From the NCBI GenBank assembly GCA_046329495.1, contig JAXLUO010000007.1, positions 61,749-125,748 on the forward strand: 64,000 nucleotides of DNA, written 5' to 3'. This DNA comes from Chitinophagales bacterium. GTDB lineage: Bacteria > Bacteroidota > Bacteroidia > Chitinophagales > LD1. Below are positions 46,597 through 57,194 of this stretch, piece by piece (positions within the stretch are counted from its first letter, which is position 1; each line of letters begins with the position of its first letter). The position numbers and the translations under genes are program-made. A model generated the notes under the pieces. That model saw only the letters and a program-made list of their open reading frames with translations, was not told the DNA's origin and made no database searches.

Positions 46597-47502
46597 CTAC
46601 TTTCCCAGCAACTGCTTTCTCAACGTCCTTGCCCGTTGGTCGGGTCCGTTATGGCTCCAGCCCGGCGGCATAAAAATGTATTTCAGCTTGTTCATCAAGC
46701 CCGGAGCGTTCTTTACATCCTGCCATAAGTCGTAATACTCGTGGCCGGCAATCTTAAACAGGTTATACGTATGTATATTCTTGGTAATACCGTAAACAGG
46801 CTTCTCATCATCCCGCTCCTCGGCAAAGGTGCCGAACAAGCGGTCCCATACAATAAGGATGCCGCCATGGTTCTGGTCCAGGTAGCGGATGTTCGAAGCG
46901 TGATGCACCCGGTGGTGCGAAGGCGTGTTAAAGATAAACTCGAACCAGCGCGGCATGCGGCGTATCAGTTCGGTATGTGGCCAGTATTGGTAAATCAGCG
47001 AAATGCTCATCATCATCAACATCATCAGCGGATCAAAACCAAGCAAGGGCATCCACATCCACCAGATGAACTTATAGAACTGCTCGCCCCAGCTTTGGCG
47101 CAGCGCCGTAGCAAAGTTCATATGTTGGGAGCTGTGGTGGTTAACATGCGCGGCCCAAAACACCCGCACCTCATGACTCAACCTATGATGCCAGTAAAAA
47201 GTAAAATCATCGCCGATAAAGATCAGCAGCCAGCTCCACCAATGCCAGCCGATGGTAAACAGGCGGTATTGATAAAGCAGGGTATACGTACCAAACGCCA
47301 GCGACTTCATCAGCAAGTCCACCACCAGCGAACCCAGGCCCATACCTATCGAGGCCAGCGCATCCTTGGTTTCGTACAAGTGCAAACGTTCTTTCCAGTT
47401 TACATAAAGCTCAATAGCTATCAGTATCAAAAACACGGGGATGGCGTAGGTAACAGGATCGTCCTGTGCCTCCATCATGCGGAAAATAGAGAGGAGCAAC
47501 AT
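46597..47502 (-). CDS. Fatty acid hydroxylase / sterol desaturase superfamily membrane protein
   Basis: His boxes HHRLSHE, HVNHHSSQH and HHRVHH, with 4-5 TM segments. Confidence 0.85.
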   Translation of the reverse strand: MLLLSIFRMMEAQDDPVTYAIPVFLILIAIELYVNWKERLHLYETKDALASIGMGLGSLVVDLLMKSLAFGTYTLLYQYRLFTIGWHWWSWLLIFIGDDFTFYWHHRLSHEVRVFWAAHVNHHSSQHMNFATALRQSWGEQFYKFIWWMWMPLLGFDPLMMLMMMSISLIYQYWPHTELIRRMPRWFEFIFNTPSHHRVHHASNIRYLDQNHGGILIVWDRLFGTFAEERDDEKPVYGITKNIHTYNLFKIAGHEYYDLWQDVKNAPGLMNKLKYIFMPPGWSHNGPDQRARTLRKQLLGK

Positions 47503-47511
47503 GCGGCAATA

Positions 47512-48789
47512 TTAAGGCACTTCAACGGTATTTTGAGCAGCAACAGGTGCAGTAGCAGTATCGGCAAACTCAGTACGGAAGGCCATGAACCAAAAAAGGC
47601 TTGCTACGCAATAGGCAGTAACGGCGGCAATAATGCTCAGCTCAGTAAAATGCTCCAGGCCGGTAACAGCGGCGGTTATCAAGACAATGCCGGCCAGCAG
47701 GCGCAGCGGCTCAAGCGGGAGGGCCCACTTACGCTTCTCAAAAATGGCCCCGAAGCTGGTAAGCGAAGCGATGATCCAGGTGCCGATGGCGGCCTTCAAA
47801 GCAAAGTGGTCGGTAACGGCTTTACCGCCCATCAATATCAAAAAGGCAGTGGTAGCCAGCAGCACTACCACAAACTGGGCAAACACATAATTGTTCAAGC
47901 CACTCGAAATTTCAGTATCGTATTTATGGAACGTCTTAACATTAACCGCAGGGTAGTCCAACATCCCGCCAAGTTCCTTCGGCTTCCAGCCCGGCATCTT
48001 GATATACATCTTAATAGCATCGCTTATCTTGCTAACCCGCAGCGAATCTTTAATCAGGTCAATCCAGTATTCAAAGTTCAGCCAGATGGGGTTCCAGCTT
48101 TTAGGCTGCGTGGTAATACCATACACCACTTCTTCCTGCTCGGGTTCAAAGGTGTTGAACAGGCGGTCCCAAATGATCATAGTGCCACCGTGGTTCTTAT
48201 CAATGTACTGCGGATTAACACCGTGGTGCACGCGGTGGTGCGAGGGTGTGTTGAACACATATTCAAACGGTCCCCACATTTTATCAATCATCTTGGTATG
48301 TATCCAAAACTGGTAAAGGGTATTGATGGACGCCATCAGGATAAACGATTCGGTGCTGAAACCAATAACCGCCAGCGGCAAATAAAACACCCAGCTAAAA
48401 GCCCCCTGCAGCCAGGCTTGGCGCAAGGCAACCGTAAGGTTGTATTCTTCGCTTTGGTGGTGCACCACATGGCTGCCCCACAACAACGAAATTTCATGTG
48501 CCAACCGGTGGAACCAGTAATAAAAGAAGTCGACACCAATAAACAGAAGCAGGAAGGTAAACGCATTGGTAGGTATGGTAAACAGCGCATAATGCTCAAA
48601 CAAATACTTGTACCCGAAAATGGTAGCCGTTTTAAGAAAGATACCCGCCACCTGCGAACCTATGCCGCAGCTAAGGTTGGTAATAGAGTCGTGGTAACGG
48701 TAATAGCTCAGTTGGCGCATTTTACCTATCAGCAACTCAAGGCCGATAAGCAGGAAAAACACCGGTATGGCAAAAACGATGAGGCTCAT
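47512..48789 (-). CDS. Fatty acid hydroxylase / sterol desaturase superfamily protein with an extra C-terminal multi-TM domain
   Basis: His boxes FHRLAHE, HVVHHQSEE and HHRVHH. The C-terminal ~150 aa is hydrophobic. The stop is 9 nt upstream of, and in frame with, the next hydroxylase gene. Confidence 0.85.
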   Translation of the reverse strand: MSLIVFAIPVFFLLIGLELLIGKMRQLSYYRYHDSITNLSCGIGSQVAGIFLKTATIFGYKYLFEHYALFTIPTNAFTFLLLFIGVDFFYYWFHRLAHEISLLWGSHVVHHQSEEYNLTVALRQAWLQGAFSWVFYLPLAVIGFSTESFILMASINTLYQFWIHTKMIDKMWGPFEYVFNTPSHHRVHHGVNPQYIDKNHGGTMIIWDRLFNTFEPEQEEVVYGITTQPKSWNPIWLNFEYWIDLIKDSLRVSKISDAIKMYIKMPGWKPKELGGMLDYPAVNVKTFHKYDTEISSGLNNYVFAQFVVVLLATTAFLILMGGKAVTDHFALKAAIGTWIIASLTSFGAIFEKRKWALPLEPLRLLAGIVLITAAVTGLEHFTELSIIAAVTAYCVASLFWFMAFRTEFADTATAPVAAQNTVEVP

Positions 48790-48923
48790 TTTTGTGGATT
48801 TATGGTTCTAAGGTAATCACTTTATATAGAAACAGGGCGGGCGTTAACGCCTCTTTGGTATTTCAAAAAGATGATTCTCCTCACCCAAACATTTTTAATT
48901 TCATTAACTAAACAATTGCCCCT

Positions 48924-49559
48924 TTGAAACCCTTCTACCGCGACCATCAGTTTTGGAGCTTGTTGGCCATCAACATTATCATTATCATCTATTACTTCTA
49001 CTACCATACCAGTTTTAAAACCCTGGTATGGGTGTACTGGAGCCAAAGCATAGTAATAGGCGTGTTTAACTTCCTGCACCTGGTAACAATCGAAAACATA
49101 GTTCCCGGCTCTATTGAAATGAATAAGGAAAAGGTGAAAACACCGGGACAGGTAATAGGTTGTATTGGCCCGTTTTTCGCCTTTCATTATGGGTTCTTTC
49201 ACCTGGTATATCTGGTATTCCTTTTTAGTATCACCGATGCAAACGAAAAATTGGATTATCACTTGCTGCAGGTAGCCGTAGGTACCCTGGTGCTCGATCA
49301 GTTGTGGAATTTTATCCGCCTGCGCGAATACGAGAAAACACACCCTGCTAATGTAGGGGTGCTGTTCTTTTTACCTTACCTGCGCGTGGTGCCAATGCAC
49401 CTTACAATCATATTGCCGGCATTTATTGGTATTTCCAGCATGGTGTTATTCCTTTTTCTTAAAACAGGTGCCGATTTGCTGGGCTATATTATAACACGGG
49501 CTATTTATGGCAAGGATTCCGACGTGTCAGTAACCGCCCCTGGTGATGTTATCTCCTGA
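48924..49559 (+). CDS. Hypothetical polytopic membrane protein
   Basis: 211-aa ORF with a TTG start and 5-6 hydrophobic helices. I prefer it over the overlapping minus-strand ORF 48822..49343, which has no membrane or domain logic. Confidence 0.5.
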   Translation: MKPFYRDHQFWSLLAINIIIIIYYFYYHTSFKTLVWVYWSQSIVIGVFNFLHLVTIENIVPGSIEMNKEKVKTPGQVIGCIGPFFAFHYGFFHLVYLVFLFSITDANEKLDYHLLQVAVGTLVLDQLWNFIRLREYEKTHPANVGVLFFLPYLRVVPMHLTIILPAFIGISSMVLFLFLKTGADLLGYIITRAIYGKDSDVSVTAPGDVIS

Positions 49560-49600
49560 AATTTGGAAGTTTAAACAGTATATCGTAATATTGCGATTAA

Positions 49601-49924
49601 ATGGGAGCAAGTAAAGCAGAGGAGTTTACCGTAAAGGACAACCGCATCGCCCGGTATGCCAAAGCATTGGCACATCCGGCAAGGGTGGCTATCCTGAAGC
49701 TGTTACTGCGTAAACAAAGTTGTATTTGCGGCGATATTGTAGACGAATTGCCGCTATCACAAAGCACTATATCGCAACATTTAAAGGAATTGAAAGCAGC
49801 GGGCTTAATTAAAGGTGATATTGAAGGCGCAAAGGTTTGCTATTGTATTGATGAAGAGGAATGGAATGCCGCCAAAGCCTGTGTAAATGAACTGTTGAGC
49901 ATGATGCCTGCAAAGTGCTGCTGA
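49601..49924 (+). CDS. arsR: ArsR/SmtB-family metalloregulator
   Basis: Winged HTH (LAHPARVAILKLL...CICGDIVDELPLSQSTISQHLKELKAAGLI) with a Cys-rich metal site and a C-terminal CC. Confidence 0.85.
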   Translation: MGASKAEEFTVKDNRIARYAKALAHPARVAILKLLLRKQSCICGDIVDELPLSQSTISQHLKELKAAGLIKGDIEGAKVCYCIDEEEWNAAKACVNELLSMMPAKCC

Positions 49925-49980
49925 TTTTTTTTGCCTGGATTAATCGTAATATACCGATAATAAAATTTAAATCATGTCTT

Positions 49981-50817
49981 ATGCAAACCGATAACGAATT
50001 AAAAGAGCTGGTAAAACAGAAATACAGTGAAATTGCTCTACAGGACAAAGCCACCAATCAATCTTCGTGTTGCGGCGCCGGTGGATGTTCTACCGAGGTG
50101 TACAACATTATGAGTGATAACTACGACCAACTGAAAGGCTATAACCCCGATGCCGACCTGGGCCTGGGTTGCGGCTTGCCTACGCAGTTTGCGCGTATTA
50201 AGGAAGGCGACACCGTAATTGATTTAGGCAGTGGTGCAGGCAACGATTGCTTTGTAGCCCGTGCCGAAACCGGTGCAAGCGGCAAGGTTATCGGTATTGA
50301 TTTTACGCCGGCCATGATTGAGAAGGCCCGTGCTAATGCCGAAAAGCTGGGCTTTAATAATGTGGAGTTTCGCCAGGGCGATATTGAGCATATGCCCGTA
50401 ACTGCTAATACTGCGAACGTGGTAGTAAGTAATTGCGTGTTGAACCTGGTACCAAATAAAGCCAATGTGTTTGCCGAAATTCATCGCGTTATGAAACCGG
50501 GCGGACATTTCAGCATTTCGGATGTAGTGCTGGTAGGTGAACTACCCGAAAGCCTGCGAAAGGATGCCGAGATGTATGCAGGTTGTGTGGCCGGTGCCAT
50601 TCAAAAGCAGGAATACCTGCGCCTGATAAAGGAGAATGGTTTCGTAAATGTACAGATTCAAAAAGAAAAGGCTATTGTAGTTCCCGATGATATATTAAGT
50701 AAGTATCTTAACCCACATCAACTGCAGGAGTTTAAAGCCGGTAATACAGGTATATTCAGTATTACGGTTTATGCTGAAAAACTTGCTCCTTGTTGCGGAC
50801 CCGATTGTTGCTCATGA
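49981..50817 (+). CDS. arsM: Arsenite S-adenosylmethionine methyltransferase
   Basis: VKQKYSEIA...SCCG, SAM motif VIDLGSGAGND, and conserved Cys residues including the C-terminal CCGPDCC. The start is taken at MQTDNELK. Confidence 0.8.
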   Translation: MQTDNELKELVKQKYSEIALQDKATNQSSCCGAGGCSTEVYNIMSDNYDQLKGYNPDADLGLGCGLPTQFARIKEGDTVIDLGSGAGNDCFVARAETGASGKVIGIDFTPAMIEKARANAEKLGFNNVEFRQGDIEHMPVTANTANVVVSNCVLNLVPNKANVFAEIHRVMKPGGHFSISDVVLVGELPESLRKDAEMYAGCVAGAIQKQEYLRLIKENGFVNVQIQKEKAIVVPDDILSKYLNPHQLQEFKAGNTGIFSITVYAEKLAPCCGPDCCS

Positions 50818-51209
50818 GAAAGAACGTAGTATTTGTTTGCATCGAAAACAGTAACCGCAGTCAAATGGCGCAGGCCTTTGCACGTATGTATGGGGCCGGT
50901 AAGGTAGAAGCATACAGTGCCGGTTCTCGTCCTTCGGGTAAAATAAACCCGAAGGCCGAGGCCGCCATGCAGGAACTCGGTTACGATCTTACTACACACG
51001 ATTCTAAAGGATTAGACCAACTACCCGATGTTACGTTTGAATATGCCATTACCATGGGCTGCGGCGATGAGTGTCCGTTTTTAAAAGCCGTCCACCGCGA
51101 AGATTGGGCCATCCCCGATCCCCGTAATATGGAACCGGAAGAGTTTAATGAAGTAAGAGATCAGATAAAGGAAAAGGTTTTGCAGTTGCTCAAGGGTATT
51201 GAGATTTAG
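50814..51209 (+). CDS. arsC: Arsenate reductase, LMW-PTPase type
   Basis: P-loop VVFVCIENSNRSQMA and downstream Cys residues (GCGDECP). ATGA start/stop overlap with arsM. Confidence 0.85.
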   Translation: MRKNVVFVCIENSNRSQMAQAFARMYGAGKVEAYSAGSRPSGKINPKAEAAMQELGYDLTTHDSKGLDQLPDVTFEYAITMGCGDECPFLKAVHREDWAIPDPRNMEPEEFNEVRDQIKEKVLQLLKGIEI

Positions 51210-51267
51210 AGCCAAATACCTATTTGATTTTTTTATAATCCTATTTTATCTGTGGCAATGTATTGTA

Positions 51268-52326
51268 CTATTGAAGTGTTGAATCAATTACCTGCCTCAG
51301 CCGTTGATAGTAGTAATAATGACCTTCATTATTCAAATGGCCATCTGGATAATCATTGAATAAAGCTTTATGATTATTCAGCATTAACCAGTAATCCTTT
51401 AGCGACGGATCGTTCAGCAGGTCGCTGTATTTATCGCGGTAGCTGTTGCCCTCTATATCGGCTTCTTTTACTTCTGGTATCAACAGCAATCGCAAGGGAA
51501 CATGGTTAGCGGCACAGGTTGCGGCAATAGCACGCAGGTGTTTTTTAGTTATGTCGGTGTGCTTGCGTAATCGTTCATAGTCTATCTTCTCCCGCACCCG
51601 GAAGGTAGCCGCATACAAGCGGGAGAGGAGGGCACTCTTGTTAATCACCCCTTGCCACCAGTGCGGAGGGTTAACCAGGTAGTAGCGTTCGTTCACTAAA
51701 TAGTTATAAGCAACCTGTGCCGTGTTGTAATGGTGTCCGTCCATATCGGCAAGTACGGCACCGGCATTGGTCCAGTAATAAAAGGCTTGATGTGGTGCTA
51801 CGGTTCGGTCTTCTTTCATCAGGTCGTTGCCCATAAAAAAGGCAACCACTACCATGTTGGGTTTCAATTGCGGAACATAGGTGGTAGCTATAGCCGCATA
51901 TTGCGCGGGGTCAGCCGCCGGTATGCCTGTATTGATGATTTCGTAGTTAGTGTTCTTCTGCAATAGATCGCAGAAGGAGCTATCAAAGAAGGGCTTGGCG
52001 CTCATGCCCCAGGTAAAGCTATCACCAATAAACAGTATCTTCTTTTTGTTACTGTCCAGTTGGTTTAGCGGCTTGCTGCGGAAGCCATCAGGATTAATAC
52101 AAAGCCCGTAAGCGTCCCAATAGGTGCTGTCGGCCACCAGTAAACCCTTGTCGTTTGTATAGAAGTCATTTATAACATAAAGTGAATCCACCGGCTGAAA
52201 GTGCAGCCAGTTAGGCCTTAGGTCGCCGGGCTTGTAGCCCATAAAGCGTAGCACCAGTTCAAGCAGTAAACAGGCCACCACCAAAAAGCTGAACTGAAAG
52301 AGGAGTCGCTTTTTGCCTTCGCTCAT
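51268..52326 (-). CDS. Membrane-anchored SGNH/GDSL-like hydrolase
   Basis: N-terminal TM anchor, block I ILFIGDSFTWGMS, block III FFMGNDL and block V DGHLNNEGH. The start is taken at MSEGKKRLL. Confidence 0.7.
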   Translation of the reverse strand: MSEGKKRLLFQFSFLVVACLLLELVLRFMGYKPGDLRPNWLHFQPVDSLYVINDFYTNDKGLLVADSTYWDAYGLCINPDGFRSKPLNQLDSNKKKILFIGDSFTWGMSAKPFFDSSFCDLLQKNTNYEIINTGIPAADPAQYAAIATTYVPQLKPNMVVVAFFMGNDLMKEDRTVAPHQAFYYWTNAGAVLADMDGHHYNTAQVAYNYLVNERYYLVNPPHWWQGVINKSALLSRLYAATFRVREKIDYERLRKHTDITKKHLRAIAATCAANHVPLRLLLIPEVKEADIEGNSYRDKYSDLLNDPSLKDYWLMLNNHKALFNDYPDGHLNNEGHYYYYQRLRQVIDSTLQ

Positions 52327-52328
52327 TG

Positions 52329-53516
52329 CTAAAAGGTGCTGCCTATTTTCTCTACATAATCCCAAATGTCCCAACCCTTCAATCCAAAGTTATGGTAGAT
52401 ATGTGCAAGCGCCGGTTTGGTTTTAGTGCGGAAGGCATCATCGCTGAAGTTCCCTTCAGTATCCATCATCAACCGGTTGTTGTTATAGTCGGCAATAAAG
52501 TTGAACTTCTTCGAGAGCGGTTGCTGCTGCTGCAAGCCAAACTCCCATACGGTGGCAATCAGCGTGCCCTGGTCGCGTGTCCGCCATTCAGGGTAGGTAA
52601 ATACCTTCATGGTCTTATCAAACCAGGCATCCAAAAAAGCATGACTGTCATCGCCAAACAAAAACACACCGCCATTCCAATGGTGGAAGTTCTTATCTGT
52701 AACCTTAATACCAAAACGGTTATTAATGTATTCTGGCAAATGATGGCACTCCAGGTCATAAACGTCCCTTCCATCCGGACCATACCAACGGCGCTTCAGG
52801 TAATTCCAACGCCATTTGCTGTGCTTCTCAATATCCTTCACCATGCTCTCGGCAGGTGTAATAATCACATTACCTTCTTTATCGTGCCACACCTTTTTCC
52901 AACGGTGGTAGTAGGTATCATCGTCCAGCTTAAATCGGTTAAGGGTGGTTAAAAAACGGAACGATATCCAGGCATATTGAAGTTTGTTCTTCTTCATCAG
53001 TTCAAACTTCTTTATCAGGTCTTTCTTCTTCTGCTCCATTACCGGCGATACGGCTTTGCGTCCGGGGTCGTATTGCGCCATCAGGCCTTCCAGTTCGGCA
53101 ATGTCCTTCTTGTTTTCTTCCAGGCAATTGCAACGCACCGCACTCGGGCTAAACTTGGGCATGCGGCAATGGTCGTGCGCAAAAGTGATAGGGCCGTGCT
53201 TGTGTTTAAAGATGTCGTCGCATTCGGTACTCAGTGCAACAACATCGGTATCCAGGTAACAATAGTTAAAGCCTTTGGGTAAAAACTTATGGATACCCAC
53301 CTTAAGGTAAATACTGGCCTGGTGGTTATCGAAGTGTTCAGGTGCTTTTACATCCACCACGTTATCGTGCTCTACTGCAATCTCGTTGCGGCTGCTATCG
53401 GTAATAACAACTATATCGTTCTTTGAAAAATGCTTTAGGTAGCGCAGACTATAATGCAGCGTATCCAGATGTTCGCGGGCACCGCAAACCACAAAAACAA
53501 ACTTATTGGCACTCAT
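52329..53516 (-). CDS. Putative GT-A-fold glycosyltransferase-like protein with a large Cys-containing, basic insertion
   Basis: Rossmann-like start (FVFVVCGAREH), DxD-like YLDTDVV, and a later HWNGGVFLF segment like the NxG(V/F) motif of GT8-type enzymes. The central ~130 aa is unrelated and highly charged. Confidence 0.5.
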   Translation of the reverse strand: MSANKFVFVVCGAREHLDTLHYSLRYLKHFSKNDIVVITDSSRNEIAVEHDNVVDVKAPEHFDNHQASIYLKVGIHKFLPKGFNYCYLDTDVVALSTECDDIFKHKHGPITFAHDHCRMPKFSPSAVRCNCLEENKKDIAELEGLMAQYDPGRKAVSPVMEQKKKDLIKKFELMKKNKLQYAWISFRFLTTLNRFKLDDDTYYHRWKKVWHDKEGNVIITPAESMVKDIEKHSKWRWNYLKRRWYGPDGRDVYDLECHHLPEYINNRFGIKVTDKNFHHWNGGVFLFGDDSHAFLDAWFDKTMKVFTYPEWRTRDQGTLIATVWEFGLQQQQPLSKKFNFIADYNNNRLMMDTEGNFSDDAFRTKTKPALAHIYHNFGLKGWDIWDYVEKIGSTF

Positions 53517-53573
53517 CAGCTAATTGGCAGTGGGTAATGTTAAGGCTTTTAGGCTATTGATAAAAGGGAACAA

Positions 53574-54989
53574 TTAAGTAATGTTATTACGGGCCATTAC
53601 CAATAGTACGCTCAGCGGCAGTTTTTCTAACTGAAAAGTTATCACATCCAGCAGAAATGGATTATCAAGGTCAAAGCGGTGGACGTTTTGTTTAAAGAAT
53701 TCTTCGCCTAAGGTGCCACGCAATTCACGCAGTTTGCCCACCACCTTCTCGCGGCGCTTGGCGCGCACCTCTTCTTTCGACGCCTTATCCTGTATAATGT
53801 GTTCCGAAATGATGTTTTCTAAATCCTCCCAGGTATCAATCTTTCGGCGACGCAGGTCTTTAAAGCTATCGTCGTGCCACTTCTTTATCTGGTTGTAAAT
53901 GCCCAGGTAGTGTTGCTTGTTCTTGCGTTGTAGTTCGGTTTCTTCCGGAAAGGTAAAACCGCCCAGGTAGTCTACTATCTCTTTAATGGCATCCTGTTCC
54001 AGGTTACGTATGCTGCATTGTGTAGGGAACAACACCGTATGGAAATAAACGGGGCACTCCATATCGTTGCAGAACTTAATGAAGTCGGGCAGCTCGCGCC
54101 AATTTTGCTGCATGGCACACATACTGATACCAAAGAAGGTGCCGCGCTGTTTGGTATATTCACGCAACCACTTAATGTTCTCCATGGTGCGTTCAAACAC
54201 AGCGTTCTTGCGTATCTCCTCATACGTCTCCTTCTGCAGCGAATCGAAGGAGATATTGATATGGAAGTTGGTATTCTCTAATATGCGCTTAACGCGGTTG
54301 TTTAAAGTAGTGGCATTGGTTTGCACAGATATGCGGACTGATGGATTCAACTCCATTATCTTTTCCCATATCTCATAGTAAATCTCAATCAGGAAAGGTT
54401 CGCCGCCATAGAATTTCACCTCTTCCAGGTAAGGGATAAACTCTTCCAACTGCTTTACAAACTCAGCGTCATAGGGTATTTCAAGCGGTGGCAGTTTCTC
54501 GCGCTTCGTGCGTATCAGCGAACTAAACTCGCCATTGCACATCTCGCATTCCAGGTTGCAGAGGTTGCTTAGCTCAAACTCCATAACGCTTGGGTAGCGG
54601 TTGGCGTTGGCTTTGTTCAAATCGTATTGCTTAGCCTTTACCCCATCAAAGTTGGCCGCTACCAGTTGTTGCTTGCAGCCCAGGCAACCCAGGCTAAAGT
54701 CGTCATGTTTAATATAGTCACGCAGTTTGTCAGCTTCTTCACCAAACCAAATCTCTTTAATGCTGCGTTTAGGATATTCGCCTAATATATAGGTACGGTT
54801 GTAGCAGCAGGTGTGGGCCCGGCCATGGTGGCCAAAGTACATACTGCGGAAGGGCGCATAGCATACCAGCGGCTGGGCCCCCATGGGCCGGCTGTTATTG
54901 TAAGCGCTAAGTATTTCGGGGTGAAGGGGGTTATAACTGTCCTTCTTAAACAGGTTTTTCAGCGAAAACATCGGGGCTAAGATAAGCAT
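53574..54989 (-). CDS. Radical SAM enzyme with an N-terminal SPASM/twitch-like Cys motif and a charged helical C-terminal extension
   Basis: CxxxCxxC at ELSNLCNLECEMCNGE, and a GGEPF SAM-binding motif. The N-terminal segment CYAPFRSMYFGHHGRAHTCCYN...IWFGEEADKLR...LGCLGC looks like a SPASM auxiliary-cluster motif placed before the core. Confidence 0.8.
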   Translation of the reverse strand: MLILAPMFSLKNLFKKDSYNPLHPEILSAYNNSRPMGAQPLVCYAPFRSMYFGHHGRAHTCCYNRTYILGEYPKRSIKEIWFGEEADKLRDYIKHDDFSLGCLGCKQQLVAANFDGVKAKQYDLNKANANRYPSVMEFELSNLCNLECEMCNGEFSSLIRTKREKLPPLEIPYDAEFVKQLEEFIPYLEEVKFYGGEPFLIEIYYEIWEKIMELNPSVRISVQTNATTLNNRVKRILENTNFHINISFDSLQKETYEEIRKNAVFERTMENIKWLREYTKQRGTFFGISMCAMQQNWRELPDFIKFCNDMECPVYFHTVLFPTQCSIRNLEQDAIKEIVDYLGGFTFPEETELQRKNKQHYLGIYNQIKKWHDDSFKDLRRRKIDTWEDLENIISEHIIQDKASKEEVRAKRREKVVGKLRELRGTLGEEFFKQNVHRFDLDNPFLLDVITFQLEKLPLSVLLVMARNNIT

Positions 54990-55151
54990 TACCCTGTACT
55001 ATAGGCCATTTGGTAGGCAGGCAATCCGGCTTTTGGTCCGGGGAGGCCCAAACCGCCGCCGGGTACGGTTTTTCCCCAAAAATTAAGCGTTTTCACCTTT
55101 CCCTAATTGCCCATTTCTGTTATGTTTGCGGCCGATTTTGAAAAGGCTGCC

Positions 55152-56562
<1,411 letters not shown>

Positions 56563-56577
56563 GAAGCCGAAACTTTA

Positions 56578-56617
56578 AACAGGCAGCAAAAGCGGTTGGC
56601 TGCGCTGCCTGTTTTTC
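56578..56617 (+). terminator. Intra-operon stem-loop/attenuator after atpE
   Basis: Perfect 10-bp stem AACAGGCAGC...GCTGCCTGTT followed by TTTTT. It sits between atpE and atpF. Confidence 0.5.
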
Positions 56618-56677
56618 CCCTTAAAAGGGAATGATGTTGATTGAATTGATTAAAATAGAACCAGTAAATAAAGCAAT

Positions 56678-57172
56678 ATGCAATTAGTACAACCGGCGCT
56701 TGGTCTCCTCTTTTGGATGGTAATCGTTTTCGGCCTTTTGATGTTCATCCTCACAAAGTTTGCCTGGAAACCGATTTTAGGTATGATTCAGGAGCGCGAG
56801 AAAACTATTGAAGATAACCTGAACGAAGCCAACAAGGCCCGCCAGGAAATGAGTCAGTTAGTAGCTAAGAACGAAGAGTTACTGAACCAGGCTAAGGAAG
56901 AGCGCAACAAAATATTACACGAAGCCCGCGAAGCTGCCGAGAAAGTGAAGAACGATATCGTGGAGCGCGCCAACAAGGAAGCGGAAGAAAAATTGAAGCA
57001 AGCCCTTCGCGAAATCGAAAACCAAAAGATGGCTGCTATTACTGAAGTGAAGAACTCAGTGGGCAAAATGGCTTTGGATATCGCTGAAAAAGTGATCCGT
57101 CGCGACCTGAATACCAGTGCCGAACATACCGAGTATGTAAACAAGCTGGCTAAAGAAACCAACCTGAATTAA
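56678..57172 (+). CDS. atpF: F0F1 ATP synthase subunit b
   Basis: N-terminal TM helix followed by a long charged helix (KPILGMIQEREKTIEDNLNEA...). Confidence 0.9.
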   Translation: MQLVQPALGLLFWMVIVFGLLMFILTKFAWKPILGMIQEREKTIEDNLNEANKARQEMSQLVAKNEELLNQAKEERNKILHEAREAAEKVKNDIVERANKEAEEKLKQALREIENQKMAAITEVKNSVGKMALDIAEKVIRRDLNTSAEHTEYVNKLAKETNLN

Positions 57173-57194
57173 TAAGCAGTAATCTGTTATAAAG

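Noticed and set aside
46741-48816. 691-aa plus-strand ORF as a protein-coding gene
   Set aside because: It is exactly antisense to two genes with clear His-box hydroxylase signatures. Its product is low-complexity (His/Gln/Arg/Pro/Lys-rich) with no recognisable domain. I keep it only as a codon-usage anomaly in the findings, not as a CDS.
48822-49343. 173-aa minus-strand ORF overlapping the 48924..49559 membrane-protein ORF
   Set aside because: It has no domain or membrane logic and an atypical composition. The plus-strand ORF has regular TM helices and sits in an operon-like position before arsR. Confidence in either remains modest.
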